Both the position numbers and the translations under genes were made by a program. The notes beneath the pieces are model-generated. The model saw only the letters and a program-made list of their open reading frames with translations, did no database searches and was not told the origin of the DNA. From positions 1 through 38,441 of IMG/VR virus record IMGVR_UViG_3300045988_109852: a stretch of DNA of 38,441 nucleotides; one strand, given 5' to 3'. How positions within the stretch are numbered: the stretch's first letter is position 1; each line of letters starts with the position of its first letter. Shown in pieces: positions 1 to 7,997 of the stretch. This stretch comes from a virus.

Positions 1-50
1 GGCTCCCTTGTGCAAAGGGAGCTGTCGGCGCAGCCGACTGAGGGATTGTC
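1..50 (+). repeat. Structured repeat, family A (copy A1)
   Basis: GGCTCCCTTGTGCAAAGGGAGCTGTCGGCGCAGCCGACTGAGGGATTGTC. Hairpin 1 is GCTCCCTT/AAGGGAGC, hairpin 2 is GTCGGC/GCCGAC, followed by a purine tail. It lies 9 nt downstream of the capsid gene stop on the mRNA strand. Confidence 0.9.
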
Positions 51-59
51 GTCCCGGCA

Positions 60-1019
60 TTAGCCGGGGTCACCAAAAATAATCTGTCTTGCGTCGCCCC
101 AGCCCACGCCGAAGTCGGCATACGCGGTGTAAAGATCGATCAGCGGGTTGTCCTGCGGGGACTGCAGCACCGTCGGGCGCGTGTTGTAGACGATGTTCAC
201 GAGCTCCTTCATCAGCCGGCGGTCGCACACCGCCCACTGCTTGCTCGTGAAGCCGTCCGCGCCGCCGCCCATGACGATGTAGCGCATACCGTACACGGGG
301 TTCGCGGCGTTCGTGTTGTCGTCGGGGTTCTGCATCGGCATCAGACGGGAGTTCTCGCCGAACATCTTCTTCGCCTTCTCCTCCAGCTCCGGCGCGATGA
401 GAACGGTGTCGAAGTCGCACAGGAACGGCAGGCCGTCCGGCGTCACGAAGCGGTTGGCGCGCGCCTGCGCCGCGGTGATAGCGGAAACGGAGAAGGCGTC
501 CGTGGAGATGTTGGAGTACGTGCCGGCGTCCGTGTCCGCCTCGAAGCGGCGGCCCTTCGAGCCGCGGGAGGCGACAGGGTGCGCGGCGTTGGCCCAGCTC
601 ACGCCGTCGCCGCCGTTGTGGCGGCCGTCGGTGTTCCAGGCGTTGGCGAACATGCGCATCACGTGCAGATACACCGTCATTGCCATGGTGTCGCCGAGCT
701 TCGTGCCGACCTTCTTCGTCTCGCCCGCCTTGTCGATCTTCGCTTCCTTGTAGCCGACGGGGATGGAGAGCGAAAACTCCTCCGGCGTGATGATGGTCTT
801 GAAGCCGCGGCGCAGCGATCCGGTGTTCAGGTTGTTGCCGTCATAAAGCGGCGCCTCGCCGTAGCCGCCGGAGCCGGTCAGCTCGTAGTCGATGCTCTTG
901 GCGTTCACCTCGCCCACGACGGGCAAGAGCTTATTGAGGCGGTCGGCATACGCAAAGTCGAACGCCTTGCCGACAAACTTGTAGTTGTCGGTTGCCCAGT
1001 TTCCAAAATTAGCAGGCAT
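60..1019 (-). CDS. Major capsid protein (HK97-fold type, assigned by position and composition)
   Basis: 319-aa ORF with high GC3 and an AGGAGG-type RBS. It is the last gene of the scaffold/decoration/capsid block downstream of terL. Confidence 0.75.
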   Translation of the reverse strand: MPANFGNWATDNYKFVGKAFDFAYADRLNKLLPVVGEVNAKSIDYELTGSGGYGEAPLYDGNNLNTGSLRRGFKTIITPEEFSLSIPVGYKEAKIDKAGETKKVGTKLGDTMAMTVYLHVMRMFANAWNTDGRHNGGDGVSWANAAHPVASRGSKGRRFEADTDAGTYSNISTDAFSVSAITAAQARANRFVTPDGLPFLCDFDTVLIAPELEEKAKKMFGENSRLMPMQNPDDNTNAANPVYGMRYIVMGGGADGFTSKQWAVCDRRLMKELVNIVYNTRPTVLQSPQDNPLIDLYTAYADFGVGWGDARQIIFGDPG

Positions 1020-1035
1020 TTCCTTTTCCTCCTTC

Positions 1036-1707
1036 TCAGGTCAGCGCATGGCCGATCGCCATGAGCTTAATGGTGCCGCGCTCGTAGTCGTGGCCGATGC
1101 AGCGCAGCTTCGTCGCGCCCACGGTCTTGAGCGTGATGCCGAGGCGCTTGTCGCCGAGACTCGCAACGCCGCCGATGGCAGCGCCGATCACGGGATAGAC
1201 CTCGTACACGTCGCCCGCGCTCGGCGCGCCGCCGCTGGCCTTGGTCATCACCGTTCCGGTCTTGGCGTAGTCGGTAACGACGATCTGCGTGCCGACAGCG
1301 TCGGTGTTCGTGCTGGACGCAGCCTTGCTTTTGAGCACAAGGACCGCGTTGTTGAAAGCGTCGTCCGCGGCACTCGCGTCCACGTCGCCGGTCTCCGGCA
1401 CAATGGTCGTAGCGCTGCCGGAGGCGGCCTTGATCGTCGGCGCGGCGCACTCAAAGATGAGCGTCGGGTTGTCGCACACGAGGATCTTCGTACCGTTCGC
1501 GCGCAGATTGAGCGCGTCCTCCGTGCCGGAGTGGAACTCCGCGGCAATGCCGAGGATACCTCCGGTCTCCGCAGCGGCAGCCAGAACGACCTTGCCGCCG
1601 GAGAGCTTCACCACGGCGCCCGCGTCGATCACGGTCGCCGCGTCGATGGGATAGTTGCGGGCGGTCTGCAGTACGCTGCCGCCGTCCGCATTCTGTACAG
1701 GATGCAT
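1036..1707 (-). CDS. Putative head decoration or capsid accessory protein
   Basis: 223-aa Ala/Gly/Thr-rich ORF between the scaffold and capsid genes. Function is assigned by position only. Confidence 0.4.
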   Translation of the reverse strand: MHPVQNADGGSVLQTARNYPIDAATVIDAGAVVKLSGGKVVLAAAAETGGILGIAAEFHSGTEDALNLRANGTKILVCDNPTLIFECAAPTIKAASGSATTIVPETGDVDASAADDAFNNAVLVLKSKAASSTNTDAVGTQIVVTDYAKTGTVMTKASGGAPSAGDVYEVYPVIGAAIGGVASLGDKRLGITLKTVGATKLRCIGHDYERGTIKLMAIGHALT

Positions 1708-1720
1708 GATTCTTCTCCTT

Positions 1721-2512
1721 TCAGCGTTCCAAAAAGTCTTTGGCGGTCATTTTCAGGTGCGGGAACTCGCGGTTCCATTCGTCAAGCTCCCTCTGCTGGG
1801 CGGCCGTCAGCCCAGCCGATACGCCGCCTCCGCCCGCTCCCGTGGAGCGTTCGGCTTTCTTGGCGGACTTCTCCACCGCCTTCGCGGCGGCCTCCTCTCC
1901 CACAAGCTCCTGCCAGTCGGCATAGAGCTCGCTCAGCGGCTCCTTCCCGTACCGGCTGCCGCAGAACCTGCGGAACTTCGCGTTTCCGTCGAGCTTGGAG
2001 ATATCCACGTCCGGATGCTCCCGGACGAATGCCGCGGCGTCCTGGGCGATCCAGTCCTTCTGCCGCTCTGCCTCGGCGTCGGCCTTCTCCCGCTCGGCCC
2101 GCTCGCGCTTCTGTTTTCGGACGACCTCTTTTGCGTCCTCTTCCTCTTCCAGATCCTGCACGGTGCGCCCGCTCTCCGCCGCGGCCTTCTTGAGCCGCGC
2201 CGCGCGCGCCTTGTCGGCGTAGCTCTCCAGCACGTCCAGCGAGTCGATCGCCCCGCCGCCGTCCGGATCGCTAAGTCCGAGCTTGGCAAGCGCGCTTTGG
2301 TAGCGCTCCTCTGCTCGGCGGAATCCGGCGGATTCCCCGGCTTTTCGCGCCGCCTGGTATCTGGCGTTCTCTTCCCGGCTCTGTCTGGCAGGTTCGGCGG
2401 CCTCCTGCTTCTTTTCGCCTGCGGTTTCCTCCGCTTCAGCGCCGGTCTCTGCGGTCACGACTCCGCCCTCCGAGCCCTCCTCCGGAGTTACGACTTCCAT
2501 GTTCTCATCCAT
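1721..2512 (-). CDS. Phage scaffolding protein (DUF4355-like)
   Basis: 263 aa, highly acidic with a coiled-coil style (EEEEDAKEVVRKQKRERAEREKADAEAERQ). It sits immediately upstream of the capsid genes. Confidence 0.7.
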   Translation of the reverse strand: MDENMEVVTPEEGSEGGVVTAETGAEAEETAGEKKQEAAEPARQSREENARYQAARKAGESAGFRRAEERYQSALAKLGLSDPDGGGAIDSLDVLESYADKARAARLKKAAAESGRTVQDLEEEEDAKEVVRKQKRERAEREKADAEAERQKDWIAQDAAAFVREHPDVDISKLDGNAKFRRFCGSRYGKEPLSELYADWQELVGEEAAAKAVEKSAKKAERSTGAGGGGVSAGLTAAQQRELDEWNREFPHLKMTAKDFLER

Positions 2513-2663
2513 GTGGGTCCTTTCTGCGACTGTGCTGCCGTCGCCGCGATGTATTTTTCCTGCTGATTAAAGGCTAACCCGAAATATCTGTCCGTGCTCG
2601 GCGACTTTTTTGTGAACTTTTCACGAATCGTCAAACCCATTGATACGACAGGAGGTTCCGGCC

Positions 2664-2701
2664 TTGAAAAAAGCAAAACCGGAGCAGTTTCCCGCTCCGG
2701 T
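2664..2701 (-). terminator. Rho-independent terminator after terL
   Basis: On the minus strand, stem ACCGGAGC/GCTCCGGT (2678-2685 and 2694-2701) is followed by TTTGCTTTTTT. Confidence 0.6.
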
Positions 2702-2772
2702 CGAAAAATTTCTGTGAAATATTACTCGTAGTATAATAGCTGATCGCAGCGCACTCTCTCCCGCCTCGGTAA

Positions 2773-2822
2773 GGCTCCCTTGTGCAAAGGGAGCTGTCGG
2801 CGGAGCCGACTGAGGGATTGTC
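2773..2822 (+). repeat. Structured repeat, family A (copy A2)
   Basis: Same 50-nt element as A1, with the hairpin-2 loop changed to GGA. The terL stop codon (2824-2826) lies 1 nt from the element. Confidence 0.9.
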
Positions 2823-2823
2823 A

Positions 2824-4449
2824 TCACCACGCCTTTCTCGCTCTCTTCTGCCGCTTCATCTGCTCGATGAGCTTCTCCCGCGGCTTTTCCGGCTCCGTGA
2901 GCACCGTCATCCGCTGCTGATGCCGCACCGCGTAGGTGATCGCCGCGCCCATCACAAGGTCGTCGTGCTTCCCGGCGAGCGCCTCCGGCCGGTGGTCCTC
3001 GTTGTAGCAGAACGTCAGCATTTCTTCGAGCAGCTCCCGGTCGGTAAACCACTCCGGATGCGAGGAAAACACCTCCACCAGATTCGCAATGGCCCGCGGA
3101 CGGCTCTGCCGGTCGGTGCGAAAGCCGTAGCTCTTTTTCATCTGCCGGGTGTAGGTGTCCTCCCGCTCGCGGCTGTATTGATTCGGATACTCCGTCTCCT
3201 GCAGCTTCATCACCGGGTAGGTAGAGAAGTTCGTCTCGATGGCAACGAGCGCATCGTTGTAGAACCTCCCGAGTGCAAAGATCTGCCGGACGTATTCCGG
3301 CTCGCTGTATTTCTGCCGGAGCTTCGCCACGATCCTCCCGCTCACGTTGTCGATGACGATCGCCGTGAAGTAGTCCGAGCCCTCGCCCGCCGTGTCGCCG
3401 CCGAGCACATACGGAACGCCCTCCTCCGGCAGCTCGTAGAGCGTGATCGCGCCGGTCTCGCTCTCCGTCCACTCGCCGTCCGCAAACTCTCCGCGCCCGG
3501 CAGGGGATGGGAGCCGTTCCAGCCGGAGCACGATCTGCTCGTTGTCGAATACGCCCGTGCCGCTGTGGAGAAACGCCTCGCCGGGAGAGGCGGGATACTC
3601 CTGCCGGAACATGTCCAGGCTCCCGCCGCAGTTGTTCGCAATGCACCAGCGCCGCCATTGGAGCTGCTCTTCCGTCAGCTGATAGGCGGCCTTGAGATCC
3701 CGCTCCTCCGGCGTCCATTCCGTCCCCGGAACTACCGGCATCGAGTAGTCCGGGTTTTCAAACCACGCGAAGAACACCGGCTCAAAGTCGTTCTCCCCCG
3801 CAACGGCGGCGTCCCAGCGCTCCTTGAAGTCCTCAAAGCCGTTCGCCGTGCTCTCGATGACGACCATCGTGCCCGGCAGACTCGGCACGGCCTGTAAAAT
3901 GCCGGCAAGCGTGGAGGCTTTCCCGTCCGCGCCGTCCGGCCAGAAGGCGTACTCCGAAAGATGCACGCATTGCAGCGTGTCGCTTCGGCCGATGCCCCTG
4001 CCTCCCGCCGTCGCGCATCGGATCCGGGAGCGCAGTCCCGGCCTTGCCTCCCGCTCGCTGCGGAGCTTGGAGGGGTTCTCGAATACCAGCTCCTGCGCGT
4101 TCGAGGCGCGCAGCATCGGCTTCACCGGCGCGGGCAGCTCGTCGTAGAACAGCTTGCTCATCCGAAAAAGGTTCGCCGTCGCGTCCTCGCGGTGCGCAAC
4201 GATCAGCGCGTTTACGTTCTTTCGCGTCGCGCAGGCATGGAAGATGAGGCCCTCCGTCAGTGTGGAAAAGCCGAGCTGCCTGGCCTTGAGAATGATGAGC
4301 CGCACGGGCTTCCCCGCGTCCTGCTGCCGCTTCGCCACGGCGTAGAGCTTTCGCTGCGCGTCGTTCAGCCGGAACGGCACGACCGTCCCGCTCTTCGTCT
4401 TGATCTTGAGACAGCTCTCGATGTAGTCCATTGCTATGCACGGGTTCAT
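2824..4449 (-). CDS. terL: Terminase large subunit
   Basis: 541 aa. It has a Walker-A-like KARQLGFST motif and the nuclease-domain style typical of phage TerL. It overlaps terS by 4 nt. Confidence 0.9.
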   Translation of the reverse strand: MNPCIAMDYIESCLKIKTKSGTVVPFRLNDAQRKLYAVAKRQQDAGKPVRLIILKARQLGFSTLTEGLIFHACATRKNVNALIVAHREDATANLFRMSKLFYDELPAPVKPMLRASNAQELVFENPSKLRSEREARPGLRSRIRCATAGGRGIGRSDTLQCVHLSEYAFWPDGADGKASTLAGILQAVPSLPGTMVVIESTANGFEDFKERWDAAVAGENDFEPVFFAWFENPDYSMPVVPGTEWTPEERDLKAAYQLTEEQLQWRRWCIANNCGGSLDMFRQEYPASPGEAFLHSGTGVFDNEQIVLRLERLPSPAGRGEFADGEWTESETGAITLYELPEEGVPYVLGGDTAGEGSDYFTAIVIDNVSGRIVAKLRQKYSEPEYVRQIFALGRFYNDALVAIETNFSTYPVMKLQETEYPNQYSREREDTYTRQMKKSYGFRTDRQSRPRAIANLVEVFSSHPEWFTDRELLEEMLTFCYNEDHRPEALAGKHDDLVMGAAITYAVRHQQRMTVLTEPEKPREKLIEQMKRQKRARKAW

Positions 4450-4889
4450 AGCATCGAGCCCTCCTGCCTTGCGAGCCAGTCCTCAATGCTCTCGGCGGCG
4501 CTCTGCTCACCCTCGGCAAAGTTCATGTGCTCCGTCAGCTCATGCAGCGCCCGGATCGCGCTGTTGGCGTCGAGCAGCTTCTCGCCGCAGCGCTCGTCCT
4601 TGCGTGTCTCGGGGTTCCATCGGTAGGCAGGCACTTTCTCCATGCAGCTCTCCACGACCTCCACGAGCCGCCGCCCGATCCACTCCTTGGAGATCCCCAT
4701 CTCGTCAAAGAGCTTCTTTTCCAGCTTCCGCCGGTACTCGATCACTCCCTGCGTCTCCAACAGCTTCGACGCCCGCGAAGCGGCGCTCCTCGCGCTGTAC
4801 CCCGCGGCGATGGCGGCGTCCGTAGCGTCGCCGGAGCGCAGATACTCCTGCACGAACTTCTTCTGCCGCGGTGTGATATCTCTTGCCAT
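4446..4889 (-). CDS. terS: Terminase small subunit
   Basis: The N-terminus MARDITPRQKKFVQEYLRSGDATDAAIAAGYS is the classic Terminase_2 HTH. The gene lies directly upstream of terL. Confidence 0.85.
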   Translation of the reverse strand: MARDITPRQKKFVQEYLRSGDATDAAIAAGYSARSAASRASKLLETQGVIEYRRKLEKKLFDEMGISKEWIGRRLVEVVESCMEKVPAYRWNPETRKDERCGEKLLDANSAIRALHELTEHMNFAEGEQSAAESIEDWLARQEGSML

Positions 4890-4901
4890 GTCTCTCCCTC
4901 C

Positions 4902-5177
4902 TCACATCGGCCAGTACGCCGCGTAGAAATTCCGGCGCAGCTCGTATATCCGGCCCACCGGCACGCTCGTCTCGCGGCTCACCGTCTCCGGCGATTTGTT
5001 TTTCAAGAGAACGGCGATGAGGGCACGCCCCTCGGCCTGCCCCTTCGCTGTGCTCTCTATCGTTTTCCGGATCTCGTCCTGCGCCGGCGGCGGCAGATTC
5101 CGGTACGCCTCCAAGAAAGCATGTACGATCCGCTGCTGCCATACCGCCCCGCAGCCCTTCATCGGCCGGAATTTCAA
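4902..5177 (-). CDS. Putative late-gene transcriptional regulator (small HTH, sigma region-4/ArpU-RinA-like position)
   Basis: 91 aa with an HTH-like segment ETVSRETSVPVGRIYELRRNF. It sits immediately upstream of terS. Confidence 0.45.
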   Translation of the reverse strand: MKFRPMKGCGAVWQQRIVHAFLEAYRNLPPPAQDEIRKTIESTAKGQAEGRALIAVLLKNKSPETVSRETSVPVGRIYELRRNFYAAYWPM

Positions 5178-6046
5178 TTCTTCGCCTCCTTTTTAGCCTC
5201 CCTTGTGCAAAGGGAGGTGGCGGCATCGCCGCCTTCCTCCCCCTTGCCTCCCCTGACAGGGGAGGTGGCAGCCGGAGGCTGACGGAGGGGTTTTCCGCCG
5301 ACATTTGTTTTATCAGAACGCGCAGAGACGCGCGCGCCGTTGCCTTTTCTTTCCTTCTCCTTTCGGACGTAGCGGACGTAGGCGGAATAAAACCCGCTCT
5401 CCTCGTCCCGCGTCTCGGTCTGCTCTCGGATGGATGCGTCCTTCGGGAGCTTCATCCTGCTGTGCGCGTAAACCGGCACCGGCTCGGTGTATACCGGCTT
5501 TTCCAGCCCGCGGCTCGGATGGAATTTCTTTTTGCCTTCCTCGCCCTTGGCGTTGGAGATCATGTACCGGGCAACGCCGGTATAGTCCCCGCTCCCGTCC
5601 AGCCGGCGGTAGGTAACGCCCTGCTCCGGCCAAAGCGTGCATATGCTCTCATAGTCCATCGCCGGGAGGACGATGTGGAAATGCGGCCGAGCGTTCCCGA
5701 TCTCATTTTTCCGGCCATGCGAGTAGACGTACTTGAGATTCGCTCCTTGTTCCTTCCGATACAACGCGCGGAGCTTGCGCAAAAACCGGTCGAACACCGC
5801 TTGAGCGTCATCCCAGGATATTTCTCCCTCCCCGAAGGAGAGCGTGAGCCATACGTCGCCCGTGCCGAAATTGCAGTTGAGCGTGCGGGCAAGACTCTTC
5901 ACGGCGTTGATCTCGTTTCGCATGATCTTTCGGATGCTGGACTTCTTGGCTCTCGTTCCCCGCCGAACGCGCTGGCCGCCTCTCTTTGTCGGCATCCAGA
6001 CGCGGCGGATCTCCTCGGTCCTGCCGGAGATGATCTTGTATTCCAT
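5174..6046 (-). CDS. HUH rolling-circle replication initiator-like protein
   Basis: Three motifs occur in order: VWLTLSF (motif 1), RPHFHIVLP (HUH motif 2) and GVARYMISNAKG (catalytic Tyr motif 3). The preferred start is the ATG at 6046, with AAGGAG 11 nt upstream; the ORF track starts at a GTG at 6058. The last ~35 codons are translations of repeats B1 and A7. Confidence 0.7.
   Translation of the reverse strand: MEYKIISGRTEEIRRVWMPTKRGGQRVRRGTRAKKSSIRKIMRNEINAVKSLARTLNCNFGTGDVWLTLSFGEGEISWDDAQAVFDRFLRKLRALYRKEQGANLKYVYSHGRKNEIGNARPHFHIVLPAMDYESICTLWPEQGVTYRRLDGSGDYTGVARYMISNAKGEEGKKKFHPSRGLEKPVYTEPVPVYAHSRMKLPKDASIREQTETRDEESGFYSAYVRYVRKEKERKGNGARVSARSDKTNVGGKPLRQPPAATSPVRGGKGEEGGDAATSLCTREAKKEAKN
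5196..5233 (+). repeat. Structured repeat, family A variant (copy A7, lacks purine tail)
   Basis: GCCTCCCTTGTGCAAAGGGAGGTGGCGGCATCGCCGCC. Both stems carry compensatory changes relative to A1: CCTCCCTT/AAGGGAGG and GGCGGC/GCCGCC. Confidence 0.8.
5243..5292 (+). repeat. Structured repeat, family B (copy B1)
   Basis: CTTGCCTCCCCTGACAGGGGAGGTGGCAGCCGGAGGCTGACGGAGGGGTT. It lies inside the 3' end of the HUH gene. Confidence 0.85.
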
Positions 6047-6156
6047 GATGGCAAACACTCCTTTTTCCTCCCTGGTCGTAAAGTTATCCTTTTAACAAGT
6101 CCGTAAAAATTCGCGCACGCGCACGCGAATTATATAAAGTATCGCCGGTCTTTTCT

Positions 6157-6208
6157 CCTGCCTCCCTCCCCGAGGGGAGGTGTCAGCCAAAGGCTGACGG
6201 AGGGAGTC
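6157..6208 (+). repeat. Structured repeat, family B (copy B2)
   Basis: CCTGCCTCCCTCCCCGAGGGGAGGTGTCAGCCAAAGGCTGACGGAGGGAGTC, upstream of the HUH gene. It shares the extended flank TTTCCGCC..CATTT with B1. Confidence 0.85.
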
Positions 6209-6278
6209 TTTCCGCCCTCATTTCCGCCGCCGTGCTTAGGCAGCAGAAATCAAACCGGAAATTTCCTCGATTTTCCTC

Positions 6279-6307
6279 TTGCAAATGTCACGGTATCGTG
6301 ATATAAT
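6279..6307 (+). promoter_or_regulatory. Near-consensus sigma-70-type promoter for the DUF4160/DUF2442 cassette
   Basis: TTGCAA (6279-6284), a 17-nt spacer ending in TG-A, then TATAAT (6302-6307). The RBS AAAGGAGG is at 6321-6328. Confidence 0.7.
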
Positions 6308-6335
6308 ATAGTCAGAAACGAAAGGAGGCAATATC

Positions 6336-6590
6336 ATGCCGGTAATCGCCCGATTTTATGGGATCATCGTGAAGATGTATCTTCTCGGCGGGGAGCATAA
6401 TCCCCCGCACGTCCACGTTCTCTATGGGGAAAAGAACGGTGTCCTTGATCTCAATACGCTCACGTTCAAAGAATGCGACCTCCCCGCAAAGGCCCGCGCG
6501 CTCGTCCTCGAATGGGCTTCCGCGTACCAGCAGGAGCTTCTCACCATGTGGAAAACGCAGTCGTTCCGCGTGCTCCCGCCTCTGGAATGA
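6336..6590 (+). CDS. DUF4160 family protein
   Basis: MPVIARFYGIIVKMYLLGGEHNPPHVHVLYGE matches the DUF4160 signature (F.GI.I.MY....H.PPH.H). It follows a strong RBS and promoter. Confidence 0.75.
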   Translation: MPVIARFYGIIVKMYLLGGEHNPPHVHVLYGEKNGVLDLNTLTFKECDLPAKARALVLEWASAYQQELLTMWKTQSFRVLPPLE

Positions 6591-6621
6591 GGCCGGGAGC
6601 TTTCCGTAAAGGAGGTATCTC

Positions 6622-7056
6622 ATGTTTCACAAGCTCAAATCCGTCACGCCGCTTCCGGACTATACGCTCCTCGCCAATTTCTCGGACGGCTCCGTGAAAT
6701 CCTACGACTTCCGCCCGCTCCTCGACCGCATGGAGGTCTACGCCCCGCTGCGGGAGTCTCCCGCGTTCTGGGCGTCCGCCGCCGTCGATCCCGGCGGCTA
6801 CGGCGTTTCGTGGTCAGACGAGATCGACATCTCTGCCGAGGAGCTGTGGGAGCACGGCGTCGCCGCCGAAAGCCCGTTCTCCGGTCTTCTCTCGTTCGCC
6901 GACGCCACCGGCCTATGGGGTCTCAGCGAAAGCGCCCTGCGCAAAGCCGTGGAATACCGCAAGCTCACCGTCGGCGTCGATGTCCAGAAATTCGGCAAGC
7001 AATGGGTCGTCACCCGCTCCGCCATGGAACGCGAGTACGGCCGTCCCTCTCATTAA
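6622..7056 (+). CDS. DUF2442 domain protein with C-terminal HTH-like extension
   Basis: The N-terminus VTPLPDYTLLANFSDGSVKSYDFRPLL..GGYGVSWSDEIDISAEELW is DUF2442-like. The C-terminal segment GLWGLSESALRKAVEYRKL..WVVTRSAMEREYG resembles an excisionase/MerR-type HTH. Confidence 0.65.
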   Translation: MFHKLKSVTPLPDYTLLANFSDGSVKSYDFRPLLDRMEVYAPLRESPAFWASAAVDPGGYGVSWSDEIDISAEELWEHGVAAESPFSGLLSFADATGLWGLSESALRKAVEYRKLTVGVDVQKFGKQWVVTRSAMEREYGRPSH

Positions 7057-7073
7057 CCCCCGTCATACGCCGC

Positions 7074-7101
7074 CGCCCGCCGGTCTCCCGGCGGGCTTTT
7101 T
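7074..7101. terminator. Bidirectional terminator between convergent genes
   Basis: GCCCGCCGG-TCTC-CCGGCGGGC followed by TTTTTT. Confidence 0.75.
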
Positions 7102-7108
7102 TCGCATT

Positions 7109-7483
7109 TCAGATGGTGTAGCAGATGTTCTCGGCGTGCTTGTAGGCGTCCAGATAGATCTCGTTCTTCGCCTTGTTGTATGTAACTTCGTAATACATAC
7201 CATCCGGCAGCGTCGTCGAGAGAAGCGCCTTCATGTTTCCGAGAATGAAGGCGTTCCATACCACAAACACCTCAAAGGCCGGCGTTTCGTCCGCTTTGTC
7301 CAGGTGATCAGTGGTGTACTCCCGCACGAGTTTCTTTGCCTTTTCCGTAAATTCCGTGTTGCCCATGTCCTTCTGTTCCTCCTTCCTTTGAAAATAGTTC
7401 ATCGGCGTGTCCGGATAGCAGAAACAGCAGGGTTTCCCGCTCATAGCGCTCGGCGGCCAATGTACGCACTCTTCGCACCTCAT
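7109..7483 (-). CDS. Hypothetical early protein (Cys-rich N-terminus; possible internal start at 7366)
   Basis: 124-aa ORF. An internal ATG at 7366 has GGAAGGAGG upstream and would give an 85-aa acidic protein. Confidence 0.5.
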   Translation of the reverse strand: MRCEECVHWPPSAMSGKPCCFCYPDTPMNYFQRKEEQKDMGNTEFTEKAKKLVREYTTDHLDKADETPAFEVFVVWNAFILGNMKALLSTTLPDGMYYEVTYNKAKNEIYLDAYKHAENICYTI

Positions 7484-7977
7484 TCGCAGAACATCCAGTC
7501 TTCCGCCAGCATGTCCGCCTGACTCGCCAGCCAGCCGATCTGTTCTCCCCGCGTCCCGCAGAACACGATGGCCTTGCTGCCTATGTCCTCATGATACGCA
7601 TTGCGCGGCTGCGCGTCCGTGGCGCTGTAGTAACGGATGTCTATCGCCAATTCGATGTGCTGATCTCGTCCGTTCCACCCGGCCCGGCGTACTTTCATCC
7701 CGCGCTTGACAAACTTTATCGCCTCGCTGAAGGAGAAGCGCGCTATGCCGCCGAGCGCCGGGCAGTTTTCAAGCCCGGCAATCACCCACTCGTCCGACAG
7801 GACGTTCAGCAGCGTGTATTCCACGACCTGCGTCTCGCGGATGTCCATTTCCTTTCCTTCTTTGGTGTGCATGATGATGGTCCGCTTCTCGGCATCCCAT
7901 CGCCAGAAGCCGCCCCACGACGGCAGCTTCACCGCCTCCCCGTGTTTCATTGCCTCGAGTGCATTTTTGAAATCCAT
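7480..7977 (-). CDS. Tandem DUF2829 (Tad2-like, Thoeris anti-defence family) protein
   Basis: There are two repeats of the DUF2829 pattern. The first is MDFKNALEAMKHGEAVKLPSWGG...LSDEWVI. The second is FSEAIKFVKRGMKVRRAGWNGRDQHI...GWLASQADMLAEDWMF. The start at 7977 has AAGGAGG 8 nt upstream. Confidence 0.65.
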   Translation of the reverse strand: MDFKNALEAMKHGEAVKLPSWGGFWRWDAEKRTIIMHTKEGKEMDIRETQVVEYTLLNVLSDEWVIAGLENCPALGGIARFSFSEAIKFVKRGMKVRRAGWNGRDQHIELAIDIRYYSATDAQPRNAYHEDIGSKAIVFCGTRGEQIGWLASQADMLAEDWMFCE

Positions 7978-7997
7978 GTTTTTATCCTCCTTGTTTT

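Noticed and set aside
985-2193. Long plus-strand ORFs opposite the structural genes, for example 985-2193, 2782-3897, 20981-22648, 24791-25966, 28769-29728 and 31372-32943
   Set aside because: Their products are Arg/Pro/Ala/Gly-rich and low in complexity, and they lie antisense to genes with clear motifs. This is the expected stop-codon depletion of a high-GC genome, not coding sequence.
2709-2737. A plus-strand TATAAT (2732-2737) that could drive an RNA through repeat A2, antisense to terL
   Set aside because: The best -35 at 17-nt spacing is only TTTCTG, there is no TG extension, and no other repeat copy has a comparable upstream promoter. It is kept as a weak possibility only.
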